From an uncultured virus (IMG/VR IMGVR_UViG_3300020294_000004) (lineage: Duplodnaviria > Heunggongvirae > Uroviricota > Caudoviricetes > Crassvirales), in IMG/VR virus record IMGVR_UViG_3300020294_000004: a DNA stretch of 20,000 bases; one strand, 5' to 3'. The notes below the pieces were generated by a model. The model had not been told where the DNA came from, did no database searches, and saw only the letters and a list, made by a program, of their open reading frames with translations. The position numbers were made by a program, and so were the translations under genes. Numbering within the stretch: position 1 is the first letter of the stretch; every line of letters begins with the position of its first letter. Shown here one piece after another: positions 1 to 10,192 of the stretch.

Positions 1-308
1 ATATATTTTTTATTATTGTTTTTACAAAATATTTCTGCTGATTGTATTAATGTTTCAATAGCTTCTTTTCTATCTTTTTCTTTATATTTTGGATTAGATA
101 TAATCCATTCTAATAAAACAGCTGCAGAGTTTGTAAAATACAAAAAACCCGCAACTATAGGTGTATTATTTTTTTCTATTATTAATCCACCTGTTCCATT
201 GTCAGGTAAAAAATCTTTTGGAGGATTAACCCAACTAGGCCAAGCATCCCACCAAGATACTAATGTATCCCAATCATTTTCTGTAAGTTTACGTATATTA
301 AATTTCAT
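1..308 (-). CDS. GNAT-like (acetyltransferase-fold) protein, 3' end truncated by the window edge
   Basis: Not in the ORF track because its stop lies outside the window. Hand translation from ATG 308: MKFNIRKLTENDWDTLVSWWDAWPSWVNPPKDFLPDNGTGGLIIEKNNTPIVAGFLYFTNSAAVLLEWIISNPKYKEKDRKEAIETLIQSAEIFCKNNNKKY, open to position 1. The N-terminal 'IRKLTENDW' and 'LEWIISNPKYK...ETLIQSAE' follow the GNAT pattern. It starts 9 nt after the upstream gene's stop. Confidence 0.7.
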   Translation of the reverse strand, partial: MKFNIRKLTENDWDTLVSWWDAWPSWVNPPKDFLPDNGTGGLIIEKNNTPIVAGFLYFTNSAAVLLEWIISNPKYKEKDRKEAIETLIQSAEIFCKNNNKKY

Positions 309-317
309 TTAATTTGT

Positions 318-1790
318 TTAATATGCAGATTCTACATAATCTGATGAAGCTGCAAAAAGTTCTTTCATACCTCCTGGATCTGTTAAAGTATCAGTAGATA
401 TTTTAACTGTTGCAAAATATCCTTTAATACCTGTCATTTTATTACCAAATATAATTTCTCCAGGAGCTGCCGTACTATTGTTTACTAAATTAGCCATATA
501 TTTATTTTCTTTTCTAGTAAACCCAGCATAATTAACTGGTGGTACAAGTGGTTTTGTATTGGCTGTAATTGGTGTAGTAGTAGTATTAACAAATGTATTA
601 CCATGATTATCATATGAACCTTCGTTAAAACTATATATAAAACTAACACTATCGTTAGTATTTACTGTACTAAAATTGTCAAAATCAATATTAGTATATC
701 CTATACCTGTAGAATCTGATATAAAACTATCTACCTGCCAACCATTACTACCTTCGTAATTTATTGTTTTAAATACTTTAGATACACTTACATTAGGATT
801 AAAAATAAATTCTATTGAAGCTTTACTCTGTGTACCATAAAAATTACATCGAGGTTGTGTATCTATATAATGTTGATATAAACCAGCTGTATCTGTACTA
901 CCAACAACAGATGGTCCTGTTGTATAAAACTTATTTCTTAAACTTAACATCATACCAGGTTTATAACTATATAAACTAGTCCAACCTTGTACTGTTTCAT
1001 CAAAAGATAGTGTTTTATATTCTATTCCAGTGTTAGAAGGTTGTATAGATAAAACATATTGTTTATTATATATATCCCAACCACCTTGTAGTTTACCTGT
1101 ACCTAATGTACCAAATTGATCTCTAAAGAAATCAATCATACCATAGTTAGATATTTCTGTTAAACCATCTTGTGATAGTCTCATTACAGCATTTCTATCT
1201 TTATCAGTAAAATATTTTCTTCTACCATATACAGCAAAGCTTTCAGGATTTTTACTTATACCAAAGTTACCTACATAAGCTTGTATTTGGCCTATTACAT
1301 TAGGCCCAGATGTTATAGTTGCATTACCTTCTGCAGAATAAATAGCATCTTTATCTATTAACGCTCTACTTATTTTCTTTTCTTGGAATATAATTAAGTT
1401 AGTGTCTTCTGCATAAATTTTTTGTATACTACCATTTGCAGGGTCTACACTTTTAATTATATCTTCACCTACAGAAAATACATTGGTGTCATTTATACCT
1501 GTTCTTGAATTAAATATACCTGAGTAAATAAGCGAGTTAATTCTAAATGAAGCATTAGGACTATCTTCTACTAAAAATGCTTTAACTCCTTGGCCAACAT
1601 AAGTATTGTTATATCCACCTCTAATTCTTGCTTCTTCAACAGCCCAGTTATTCATGTTAGCAGGTAAAGTACCTAAAGTAGCATCACCTCTAGAGCCATT
1701 CCATCCTACAGCAGAAGGCTGTGTGCCATCTGTTGCGGTTTTACGAAGTATAAAACTATTAAAATATTTTACCTCTATAGTTGCTGCCAT
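318..1790 (-). CDS. Tail stabilisation/muzzle-like protein, C-terminal (beta-propeller-type) part
   Basis: 490-aa beta-rich ORF in the tail cluster. Motifs GSIQKIYAEDTNLIIFQEKK, FGISKNPESFAVYG, YFTDKDRNAVMRLSQDGLTEIS and TLSFDETVQGWTSLYSYKP resemble, from recall, the C-terminal half of crAss-like stabilisation/muzzle proteins. Confidence 0.7.
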   Translation of the reverse strand: MAATIEVKYFNSFILRKTATDGTQPSAVGWNGSRGDATLGTLPANMNNWAVEEARIRGGYNNTYVGQGVKAFLVEDSPNASFRINSLIYSGIFNSRTGINDTNVFSVGEDIIKSVDPANGSIQKIYAEDTNLIIFQEKKISRALIDKDAIYSAEGNATITSGPNVIGQIQAYVGNFGISKNPESFAVYGRRKYFTDKDRNAVMRLSQDGLTEISNYGMIDFFRDQFGTLGTGKLQGGWDIYNKQYVLSIQPSNTGIEYKTLSFDETVQGWTSLYSYKPGMMLSLRNKFYTTGPSVVGSTDTAGLYQHYIDTQPRCNFYGTQSKASIEFIFNPNVSVSKVFKTINYEGSNGWQVDSFISDSTGIGYTNIDFDNFSTVNTNDSVSFIYSFNEGSYDNHGNTFVNTTTTPITANTKPLVPPVNYAGFTRKENKYMANLVNNSTAAPGEIIFGNKMTGIKGYFATVKISTDTLTDPGGMKELFAASSDYVESAY

Positions 1791-1823
1791 AACTTATTAT
1801 TACTTATTTATTTATCTTATTAC

Positions 1824-4800
1824 TTAGGTTATTACCCAATAAAAGTTAGATGGATTCTGAGGAAAACCAATTCCTGAAAGATCTGTTATTGTATTATTAA
1901 AAGTTATTCTATCATAACCATTAAAACTTTGCCACAACACTGTAGTTGTACTTGTATTTAAGGTAATATCTAACAATTGAGCATAAGGACTATCACCATC
2001 AAAAACTACTAATGAATCTGTAGAGCTTGTAACTGAATAAGATACGTTTTGTACTGCTGATACACCTGTTAAAAAATTAATTAAAGTTTGCCCACTAGAT
2101 GTGGTTTCAGAAAAATTAACAACAAATTCATTGTTACCTAGGTTACTCATGTTATATATGTTCATTTTACCATACTGAACACCACCTGCCGGCGTACTAC
2201 ACGGTAACCTTTGCGCATCACTTAGTGATCTAAAATTAGTTGCTGTATTAAGGGAACTATTACCAATACAAGGTTGAGCTGTTTGCATTAATTTTTTACC
2301 CGTATTACTAAATTGAGCAGTCCATTTTCTAACAAATGGTTGACCTGTTCTACTGTATGTTGATGTTGATGATGATGAGCTAGTAGGGTTTGGTGCACCA
2401 CCATTTTCTGAATTTGCATTTTCATTACCCCATACAACATTTAAATCATCATTATTAACGCCGCTGTATGAAAAATATTTATCACCTGTAGTACCAGGTA
2501 CATAAGCAGAAGTTAAAGCAGGATCAGTAAATAATTGTGATATATATCTAAAAGCCCACTCTCTTGCATATACTAATATACTAGGTGTTTGACAAGCTGC
2601 CATTTCTCTTGTGTCATATGCTTCACTTATTCTATATTCATACGATACAGGATTACTAACACTTGTTGTTTTTGTAGCTACTCCTAACTGGTTTACATAT
2701 GTATTTAATAGTTGTTCAGGATTATAAAAATCTCCATAACTTAAATAAACTTGTTGATTTTTAGTTGCTTGATTATAAGACATATACTGTGTAACTTCTA
2801 CATTACCACTAAATACACCTGGACATGTATTAAATTGAGAAAAAGTAGGTATAATCTTATTACCTGCATTAAAACCAGGCGTATTAAAAGGTGGAGCTGA
2901 TGCTAAATCTGATTTTATATTATCTCCATAAGGGTATCTTACAACTAATCTATATTCTCCATATCTATCTGGAGCGCTTGATGGTGCTTGACCGTTACTT
3001 TCTCTGTAAGCTGAATTTCTACCTATAGCAAATATTTTTCTACCTGTTGTATTAACAGCAATATTACCACTGTCTTGCTGGCCTGTATATGTACACTGAA
3101 AAGCGTCATTAACATTGAAAAAATTATCTGAATCTCTTGCTGCATCTGCTTTGTCTATAATACCTGTGTTTCTAAACAATGAACCTAAAGACGTTGTTAT
3201 ATTTTCATTGTTTATTTGTGTACCACCAAATTTAATTAGTTTACCTTCAACATCATACGCATCAGACCAAGGATCATTACCATTTTCTCTATACTGAAGT
3301 TTAGTTGGCCATATAACTGATGGCTGATACCTTCCAGAACCACCTGTTGGTATATCTAAGTAATTAGTTAATTCATAATCTATAACTATATATGCTGTTC
3401 CAGATTTTAATCCAACAGCAGGTGTTCCACCTTGAGCGCTTGAGGTTTGATCATTTCTTTCTCCTGCCGCAGATCCAGCTAAACCATTTCTAATACCTGA
3501 ACCAGGTCTTATATTAGCATTTCTATTTGTGTTATAAAAATTCCAAGAGTCTAACATTGCTGAAACAGGGCAATCACTAACACTTGTAGTAAGATCAAAT
3601 ACAGAACCTCCTGTAGTAGGATTAGCCGCAAAACCTTCAAATTTAGGTGTTAAACTTCCTACATTTTGTTGCCAACCAATAGTGTCTGGATCATAAAAAC
3701 CAGGACTAGTAGATTGACCCCAACCAAAAATAGATGATTCAGAACCTAAATTAATAGCTACATTTTTAGCAGCAAAAAAGTCAGTGTTTAAAACATCAGA
3801 TTCATAACCATTACTACCATTTATTGTAAATGAACACGTTGTAGTAGGGTTTCCATTAGGTAAAGGGTATGTTGTATCTACAGCACCTGCGTCTGTCACA
3901 GCTACTGTTATAGGGTAACTTACATTTAACAAACCAGATTCATCTTTTATTGTTGCAGAACCATTACTACCTGTTACAATTTTTATTTCTGGTAAACCAT
4001 CAGTTGGAGAAGCAGGTATTGTAGGTGCAAAACCACTTGTTTGATTTAAACCATATGCTATACCCCATGTAAGATCATCATATTGTTTAGATGTGTCCGC
4101 TGTACCATTTACAGCATTTAATGTAAATAAATCAGTAATACCTGCGTCTGTTCCTACAACACCTGTTGCTGGACAGTTTTGTATTATAGGTGACTTATTT
4201 AACAGTCTTTGATCAAAAGTTAATATTGTTTTAGTTCCAAAATTAGGATTTGTTGATGCATTACCATCTAAATTTTCTACTTCAAATGTAAAAGTAAAGC
4301 TATCATTATCTATAGATTGTTCACCAAAATAAAAATAAGAGTTATTTATAAATATTTGGTAACTAACAGGTGAAGCATTTGCATTTCTTACTAATTTAAA
4401 TTTATTAGAAACATCTTCACCATTGTTGTTAACAACTTGAAAACCAGGTTGTTGTGTTGTGGGCATTGTAGTGCCTGATGTAGCAACTGCTCCTGATATG
4501 TTACTGTTTTGTACTACTGTTTTTAAACCTGCTGCATCTTCTGTATAAGGAAAAAATGGTTTAGCTACAGCTGTAGCATAACTTCCTGAATAACTTACAT
4601 TAGGAGATTGTCCAGGTGCTATATCTTCAAATAAATTAAATGTCCAACTTGATGGTGGATTACTACTTGTATCTGTAGTAAATCCTTTTATACCTGCTGT
4701 TGTTTGTATTGCTTCATTTAACTCAGCTATTGTACCTGTTGTAGAAGTTTCCCAATATATATCTAGTCTAGATTCAGTAGGTATTGTTTCATATATACTT

Positions 4801-7346
4801 AACCAAGTATTAACAGCTGTTGTACCTGATGCAGGAACTGTAGAACCAACAGGTTGAGTTATAGATACTCTAGCCATTGATGGATTAGAAGCTGTTTGAT
4901 ATATAGATCCAAACTTTATATTCGTAGTGTTATCAAATAAATCATTTTGATCACTAATTGTAGCAACTGTATCAGGTAAAGCAATATTTGTAGCTGTATT
5001 TATAGGGTTAAACTGATAGTTATCTAAAGGTTGAGCTATTGAAGAGGGTGCTACTCTACCAAATAAACGAACAGAACTTCTAAATTGTTTTTGTTCTGGA
5101 CCTACTTCTGTAAGATCTCTTGGTACTTTATTTATATTATCGTTTAATAAAGTTATATAAGATACGGATCCAGCTACATCTGGATCAGCTGTAACAGGAG
5201 GATAAAAATTCATTAAACCAGGTAAATACACATTATAATAATCTTGTTCTGTTTGTTTAACTACTATTTTATAACTGTACCAACCTAACGGATTATAGCT
5301 TGCACTTGTTGGATCACCATTATATAAACCTGGCCAACCATTTTGTGTATTAGCTTGAAACTCAGGAACAATAGCATTAAATAATACTTTAATAGAATCA
5401 CCTGGCCATGTATTTATATTGTTATCTGCATTATTAGTACTAGATACAGTATTATAAGGAAAATATATTGTATCACCTAATAAAGTTAAATTATCTTCAT
5501 CTGTTCCTTGGCTTGTTGCTGATGATAATATTGTAGTAGATGATCTACCATATTTATCAGATAATACAACCCCTACTTGATAGTTTCTATTTTGTTTAAT
5601 AGTGTGCATTGGATACTCCCTAGATGATGTTTTATATAGTGGAGCAGGCACCGTAGGATCATCTGTTACAAAATTTGTGTATTTTTCTGATACAGCAACA
5701 TTATAATTTAAAGTTTCTGGTGGTGTATGTTTATTTTGAAAGTTACTATATACTACCCTATTACTTATTATTTCTTGACCTAAAGCTCTTACCGGTGATT
5801 TATCATATACTCTTATTAGTTCACTTTCAGGTAAAGTTTTATAAGGTTTAGTACTTTGATAGTTATAAGGTATAACATTACCTGCACCACCTAGCTCTGC
5901 ATAACCACCAGTACCCTCCCAAGAAATAGCATCTACTACTTGAACAGCTAATGCATCAGACTCTTTATAAAGTATTTCTATTTCTTCAATTTTTAATTTA
6001 GTAAATAATTCATTAGCTGGTACATGGTTGTTGTTTTCATCTAATGGTGTAGGTATTTGTAATATAATATTATTAACTTTATTTTCCATAAAATCAACAA
6101 CTGTACTTCTGAATGTAGATTGTTCATCAGTAGTCATACCTGTAGGAGTTGTGTTATTTAAAAAATAACCATCTTGTTTAGGTATAAAAGCAGCCTGCGT
6201 AAAAGGTGCCATAATAGAATATTCACCTGTATCGTATTTAAATCTATAACTAAATTTTACAAACTTATCTTCTAAAAAATCAGGATCTCCATTAAACTTA
6301 GGGTTGTAATTAGGATTTGTTGTTAAACCAGGATAATCAGAGTTATATGTTCCGCCTGGATTCATTTTACTACTAGCATCTAACATACTGGTTACATAGT
6401 AGTTAGGTGTAGATATATTGGTAAGAGTATTCTGATTAAAATATATAATAGTACCAGAAGGTATATCTTGAGTTACAGTAGCTAAAGGTGTACCAGCTGC
6501 TATATTAGCAACATCAATTATAGTCATTTGATTACCATTAGCAAAGCTTTGTAATACTGAATTAGCTGGTATACCAGGTACAGTTGCACCATTTGCATCT
6601 ACAGCTGTAATAGTAGATCCTACTAAAGTTTTAGGATCTGTTCCTAATGTTGCAGCAATACCTAAACGATTATTAGATGTTATTAATATAGTACTGCTTC
6701 CTGTAGATGTTATGCCATCTGTAACAGCTGAACCTCCATTAGGTAAAAATGTTGACTCTCTTTTGTAATATAAATTTATAGGTTGAAAAGGAGCATATGT
6801 TGCAACCGATATTTGGTCTTCAGTTGTATAATAACCTGCTTCTTTTGTTATATCTATTCTTCTTGGTTGGTTTCTATTGTCTGTCCAAAATAATATGTTT
6901 TCTAATAAATTAACACCAATAATAGGTTTGTTTTTAGAAAAATTTAAAAAGGCTCCACTTAGTAATTGAATAGAAACACCTGTAGCTACATTATAAACAT
7001 ATACATAGTTGTTAGCTGTAGAAGAATAATTAAGTGATTGAGGTGTATAAGTATAACTAGCTGTGTTTAATGTTTCGTCATAGTCAGTTAGAAATATATA
7101 TATGTTCGTACTTACTTCGTCTGTGTAAAAACCAATAGTTTCTAAGTCACAATTACAACCACTTATACTTTTATAGTCTTGTATTTCTATATTACCTAAT
7201 ACATTTTCTAACGCTCCAACGTCGGCACCTTCTGATTTACTTACTTGTATATTAATTCCTTCACGATACTCACCATTTGGTAATAGCCTGGCATCCAGGT
7301 CTTTATTCATTTTGGACTTAATAAAAGCATTTTTAACTTCTGCCAT
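1824..7346 (-). CDS. Large tail protein: stabilisation/muzzle-like N-terminal part plus a long Ser/Thr/Gly/Asn-rich extension with a cadherin/Ig-like domain
   Basis: 1840 aa. The N-terminus (KMNKDLDARLLPNGEYREGINIQVS..GALENVLGN, LFWTDNRNQPRRI, FSYRFKYDTGEYS, YQVGVVLSDKYGRSS) is typical of crAss-like stabilisation proteins. It directly follows the ring-protein genes. Confidence 0.7.
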   Translation of the reverse strand: MAEVKNAFIKSKMNKDLDARLLPNGEYREGINIQVSKSEGADVGALENVLGNIEIQDYKSISGCNCDLETIGFYTDEVSTNIYIFLTDYDETLNTASYTYTPQSLNYSSTANNYVYVYNVATGVSIQLLSGAFLNFSKNKPIIGVNLLENILFWTDNRNQPRRIDITKEAGYYTTEDQISVATYAPFQPINLYYKRESTFLPNGGSAVTDGITSTGSSTILITSNNRLGIAATLGTDPKTLVGSTITAVDANGATVPGIPANSVLQSFANGNQMTIIDVANIAAGTPLATVTQDIPSGTIIYFNQNTLTNISTPNYYVTSMLDASSKMNPGGTYNSDYPGLTTNPNYNPKFNGDPDFLEDKFVKFSYRFKYDTGEYSIMAPFTQAAFIPKQDGYFLNNTTPTGMTTDEQSTFRSTVVDFMENKVNNIILQIPTPLDENNNHVPANELFTKLKIEEIEILYKESDALAVQVVDAISWEGTGGYAELGGAGNVIPYNYQSTKPYKTLPESELIRVYDKSPVRALGQEIISNRVVYSNFQNKHTPPETLNYNVAVSEKYTNFVTDDPTVPAPLYKTSSREYPMHTIKQNRNYQVGVVLSDKYGRSSTTILSSATSQGTDEDNLTLLGDTIYFPYNTVSSTNNADNNINTWPGDSIKVLFNAIVPEFQANTQNGWPGLYNGDPTSASYNPLGWYSYKIVVKQTEQDYYNVYLPGLMNFYPPVTADPDVAGSVSYITLLNDNINKVPRDLTEVGPEQKQFRSSVRLFGRVAPSSIAQPLDNYQFNPINTATNIALPDTVATISDQNDLFDNTTNIKFGSIYQTASNPSMARVSITQPVGSTVPASGTTAVNTWLSIYETIPTESRLDIYWETSTTGTIAELNEAIQTTAGIKGFTTDTSSNPPSSWTFNLFEDIAPGQSPNVSYSGSYATAVAKPFFPYTEDAAGLKTVVQNSNISGAVATSGTTMPTTQQPGFQVVNNNGEDVSNKFKLVRNANASPVSYQIFINNSYFYFGEQSIDNDSFTFTFEVENLDGNASTNPNFGTKTILTFDQRLLNKSPIIQNCPATGVVGTDAGITDLFTLNAVNGTADTSKQYDDLTWGIAYGLNQTSGFAPTIPASPTDGLPEIKIVTGSNGSATIKDESGLLNVSYPITVAVTDAGAVDTTYPLPNGNPTTTCSFTINGSNGYESDVLNTDFFAAKNVAINLGSESSIFGWGQSTSPGFYDPDTIGWQQNVGSLTPKFEGFAANPTTGGSVFDLTTSVSDCPVSAMLDSWNFYNTNRNANIRPGSGIRNGLAGSAAGERNDQTSSAQGGTPAVGLKSGTAYIVIDYELTNYLDIPTGGSGRYQPSVIWPTKLQYRENGNDPWSDAYDVEGKLIKFGGTQINNENITTSLGSLFRNTGIIDKADAARDSDNFFNVNDAFQCTYTGQQDSGNIAVNTTGRKIFAIGRNSAYRESNGQAPSSAPDRYGEYRLVVRYPYGDNIKSDLASAPPFNTPGFNAGNKIIPTFSQFNTCPGVFSGNVEVTQYMSYNQATKNQQVYLSYGDFYNPEQLLNTYVNQLGVATKTTSVSNPVSYEYRISEAYDTREMAACQTPSILVYAREWAFRYISQLFTDPALTSAYVPGTTGDKYFSYSGVNNDDLNVVWGNENANSENGGAPNPTSSSSSTSTYSRTGQPFVRKWTAQFSNTGKKLMQTAQPCIGNSSLNTATNFRSLSDAQRLPCSTPAGGVQYGKMNIYNMSNLGNNEFVVNFSETTSSGQTLINFLTGVSAVQNVSYSVTSSTDSLVVFDGDSPYAQLLDITLNTSTTTVLWQSFNGYDRITFNNTITDLSGIGFPQNPSNFYWVIT

Positions 7347-7351
7347 TTAAT

Positions 7352-8575
7352 TTAGTTTTTAAGCCATTTAGATTTACCTCTCATAATCTGAATAAACTCG
7401 TTAGATTTTATATTAGATAATCTTATTTTTGCGTTTCTTAATTTTGCACTTTTTTCTTGTTTAAGTCTTCTTATTATATATTCAGGTTGATTTATTCTAC
7501 TAGCTAGTATAGCGTGACTTAAATAAGCATATACTGCTTCTTCAGCTAATTTTGGTACACGCATATCTTGATCATATGCAAGACCATCTGAAATATATTC
7601 TAAAACAATTAATTTTTCTTTTAGATCACTAGAAAAAGAAAACTTACCATCTCTATCATTAATAGTAAACCAACCATTCATTTGTGCTCTTTCAGGCTGT
7701 AAACCATACATTTGGCCATAACCATATAAACCATAACCAAAATAACCATATAAACCATCAGATATAAGTCTACCTGCTATATCATCTCTTACTTCTTTTA
7801 ATATCTCTGTGTTTTGATCTCTATATCTTTCTTCTGTTAGCGATGTGCCAGTTAAATTACTACCGGAATTATCTTGTGTAGCAATACCACTAGTATCTTG
7901 AATAGGTTTACTATATGGATTAGTAGTCAATGAGTTAGGGTATATAATGTGTTTTATACCATTTTGATCTATCCAAGAAACATTAACATAATTAACATAG
8001 TCTTGAGGTATTGGCACACTTAAACTAGGTGGTATAGTTAACTCTTGAGATTTAATACTTTTTAATGTATCATAACTAAATTCTTGTAAAGCTCTTTTAG
8101 TATGAAAAATAACATCTGTTCTTTTAACACTAGGTATTAATTTTCCAGCCCCTACATAAGCTACTAAAAAGTTTGTTACAAGCTCTGCAACTCTTATATA
8201 TGAATAACTATTATAATTTTCTTGTACAACTTTACCTAACGCATCTTTATTACCATAGTTACCACCTCCTTGAGTTAAAAGCTGAATAACTACATAAGTA
8301 CCAGCTGCTTGTGATGGTAATGTAAAAGTATTATTTACTACAGTGTAAGTTGTTGTGTATTCTGTAAAAGTACCTGTAGCTCCACTTGCACTTGTATATA
8401 ATCTAAAATTGTTATCATTATATGCTTCTTTTGTAGGATCAGAACTTCCAAATTTTATATCTGTATCAAAAGTAGCTTTAAAAACAGTTTGATTTGTAGT
8501 AGCAATAAAGATTTGACTTCCTGCATAATATTGTGCGTTTGTCTCAGTAATTAAACCTCCATTTGGTTGTGACAT
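7352..8575 (-). CDS. Tail ring/tubular (adaptor-type) structural protein with an N-terminal beta-rich extension
   Basis: 407 aa. Motifs KRALQEFSYD, PQDYVNYVNVSW and IVLEYISDG..VPKLAEEAVYAY fit the ring/P22 gp4-like adaptor pattern. Position between MCP and muzzle genes. Confidence 0.6.
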   Translation of the reverse strand: MSQPNGGLITETNAQYYAGSQIFIATTNQTVFKATFDTDIKFGSSDPTKEAYNDNNFRLYTSASGATGTFTEYTTTYTVVNNTFTLPSQAAGTYVVIQLLTQGGGNYGNKDALGKVVQENYNSYSYIRVAELVTNFLVAYVGAGKLIPSVKRTDVIFHTKRALQEFSYDTLKSIKSQELTIPPSLSVPIPQDYVNYVNVSWIDQNGIKHIIYPNSLTTNPYSKPIQDTSGIATQDNSGSNLTGTSLTEERYRDQNTEILKEVRDDIAGRLISDGLYGYFGYGLYGYGQMYGLQPERAQMNGWFTINDRDGKFSFSSDLKEKLIVLEYISDGLAYDQDMRVPKLAEEAVYAYLSHAILASRINQPEYIIRRLKQEKSAKLRNAKIRLSNIKSNEFIQIMRGKSKWLKN

Positions 8576-8581
8576 AGTTTA

Positions 8582-9340
8582 TTATATTTTTTCGTTCTGT
8601 TCATTAATAGCAACTTGCTGTGAAGCATCTTGTACTATTTGTGGATCTCTTATTATAACTCCAGCATATTTTAAAATTTGAAGTATAGTATTTGTTTGTT
8701 CTGACTCATGTAATTCAAAATTACGTGAACCTGTTGGTGCATTAGTTGGATTATAATCAGCATTGTTATATATATACTGACCTAAAGTACCTACATCAAA
8801 ACCCCATATTGGATCATTAGGTTTTTTAATATAATCTAACTGTATATCACCATTAGTAACTATAGTTGTTGGTTTAACATATAGTTTATTATCCTCATAT
8901 AAATATATAGGAAAAGTTGTTGAAGGTTTTGTTAACAAAGATTTGTCTACTTGATAAAACTCTTGTCTATCTAATCTTTGTACTTCTGTTTCATTATTAT
9001 ATAAAACTGTACCAAGCCTATAAAGCTCTACAGTATTACCATATGAATCTGAAGTTGGTGGTACCCAATAAGAAAGGTTACCTGAGGTGACATAAGAAGC
9101 ATCACCGAAAGTTTTAAATATAGCTATTTTTTCATCTAAATTTTTCACTCTATCAGCATAATCTGTATCTGTTTGTGGAACACGTATTTGCTGATTCATA
9201 TCTTCAAAATATTTTTCAAATATTTCTAGTTGTACTTGTGTTCCTATACTATTAAATTCAGTAGGTGTTATATAACCTCTTTGTTCTTTATTTAATATAA
9301 GTAAAACAGTTTGGTATACCGTATTTACATTTATAGCCAT
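8582..9340 (-). CDS. Head-tail adaptor/ring (tail tubular-like) protein
   Basis: 252 aa. Helical N-terminus (VLLILNKEQRGYITPTEFN..QVQLEIF), LDYIKKPNDP, and a C-terminal helix FELHESEQTNTILQILKYAGV. Syntenic with crAss-like ring proteins. Confidence 0.6.
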   Translation of the reverse strand: MAINVNTVYQTVLLILNKEQRGYITPTEFNSIGTQVQLEIFEKYFEDMNQQIRVPQTDTDYADRVKNLDEKIAIFKTFGDASYVTSGNLSYWVPPTSDSYGNTVELYRLGTVLYNNETEVQRLDRQEFYQVDKSLLTKPSTTFPIYLYEDNKLYVKPTTIVTNGDIQLDYIKKPNDPIWGFDVGTLGQYIYNNADYNPTNAPTGSRNFELHESEQTNTILQILKYAGVIIRDPQIVQDASQQVAINEQNEKI

Positions 9341-9355
9341 GTGTATTTTTTATTA

Positions 9356-9386
9356 TAATAAAGGAGGCATTACACCTCCCTTATTA
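9356..9386 (-). terminator. Intergenic stem-loop, putative intrinsic terminator or RNA-stabilising hairpin
   Basis: Minus strand reads TAATAAGGGAGGT-GTAAT-GCCTCCTTTATTA: a 13-bp stem including two G-U pairs, located just after the 256-aa gene. Confidence 0.55.
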
Positions 9387-9396
9387 GTATTACATA

Positions 9397-10167
9397 TTAA
9401 GAAAGTTTTTTCTCTATAGACTTGTATATATCAAGTCCTTCATCTGTCTTAAAAAATTGTGCCATTGCAGAATATGGATGTTCATCAAATGGTACAGTCA
9501 TTAGTTTTTTATTGTTAGATGCCCAATGAAAAGTTTTTTGATCTGAACTTAAAGTTATTATACCTGCTTCAGTTGCTTTTATTGCAAAGTTTCTTAGTTG
9601 CACATTTTCATCATTAGCTAAATCTAAGAACAATTTTGCATTCTTTTTAGCAAACACTAACAAATCTCTTTTAATTTCTTTAGAGCTCATCTCAGATACC
9701 TTAGATCCAACCTCTACTCTTAATATAGCTTCTGCTTGATCAATATCAATTGTTCTTGCCATATTTAAAGCATCTATTTCCATTTCAAGATCTATTAAAT
9801 CATCTTCAGCTTCTATTACTTCATCAACTTCTTTATATCTTTTGTTTTTTAAAGGATGATATAAAGATAATATTTTTTGAAGTGCTTGTTCTTTTTTATT
9901 TACATATAAAGAACCATCTCTAAATATTATATGGCCTAATGTTGCTTCTCCTTTTTGTTCATCTTTAAAAGGTGAATTTTGATTAGTGGCATATCTAATT
10001 TCTCTCTGTTCTTTATTTACAGTGTCATACCATAATAATGAATGTCTAGTTGTATGACGTGATGGTATTTTGTATGTTAATGGACTATAAGGTCCTGTTA
10101 AGACATATGTCCTATCTTTTACTTCCCAGCTATTTTTAACAGCTGATTTTTCAGTTTTTGTTTTCAT
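9397..10167 (-). CDS. Conserved phage protein downstream of MCP, probably virion-associated; function unknown
   Basis: 256-aa ORF with genome-typical codon use, between the MCP and ring-protein genes. Confidence 0.55.
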   Translation of the reverse strand: MKTKTEKSAVKNSWEVKDRTYVLTGPYSPLTYKIPSRHTTRHSLLWYDTVNKEQREIRYATNQNSPFKDEQKGEATLGHIIFRDGSLYVNKKEQALQKILSLYHPLKNKRYKEVDEVIEAEDDLIDLEMEIDALNMARTIDIDQAEAILRVEVGSKVSEMSSKEIKRDLLVFAKKNAKLFLDLANDENVQLRNFAIKATEAGIITLSSDQKTFHWASNNKKLMTVPFDEHPYSAMAQFFKTDEGLDIYKSIEKKLS

Positions 10168-10192
10168 GATATAATATAATTAAATAGTTAAT

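Noticed and set aside
16..312. 98-aa plus-strand ORF
   Set aside because: Antisense shadow of the minus-strand GNAT-like gene (ATG 308), which fits the operon direction.
7239..7300. CCTGG-ATG-CCAGG mini inverted repeat and a 17-codon +1 ORF near the start of the 1840-aa gene
   Set aside because: A 5-bp stem and a very short ORF are both expected by chance.
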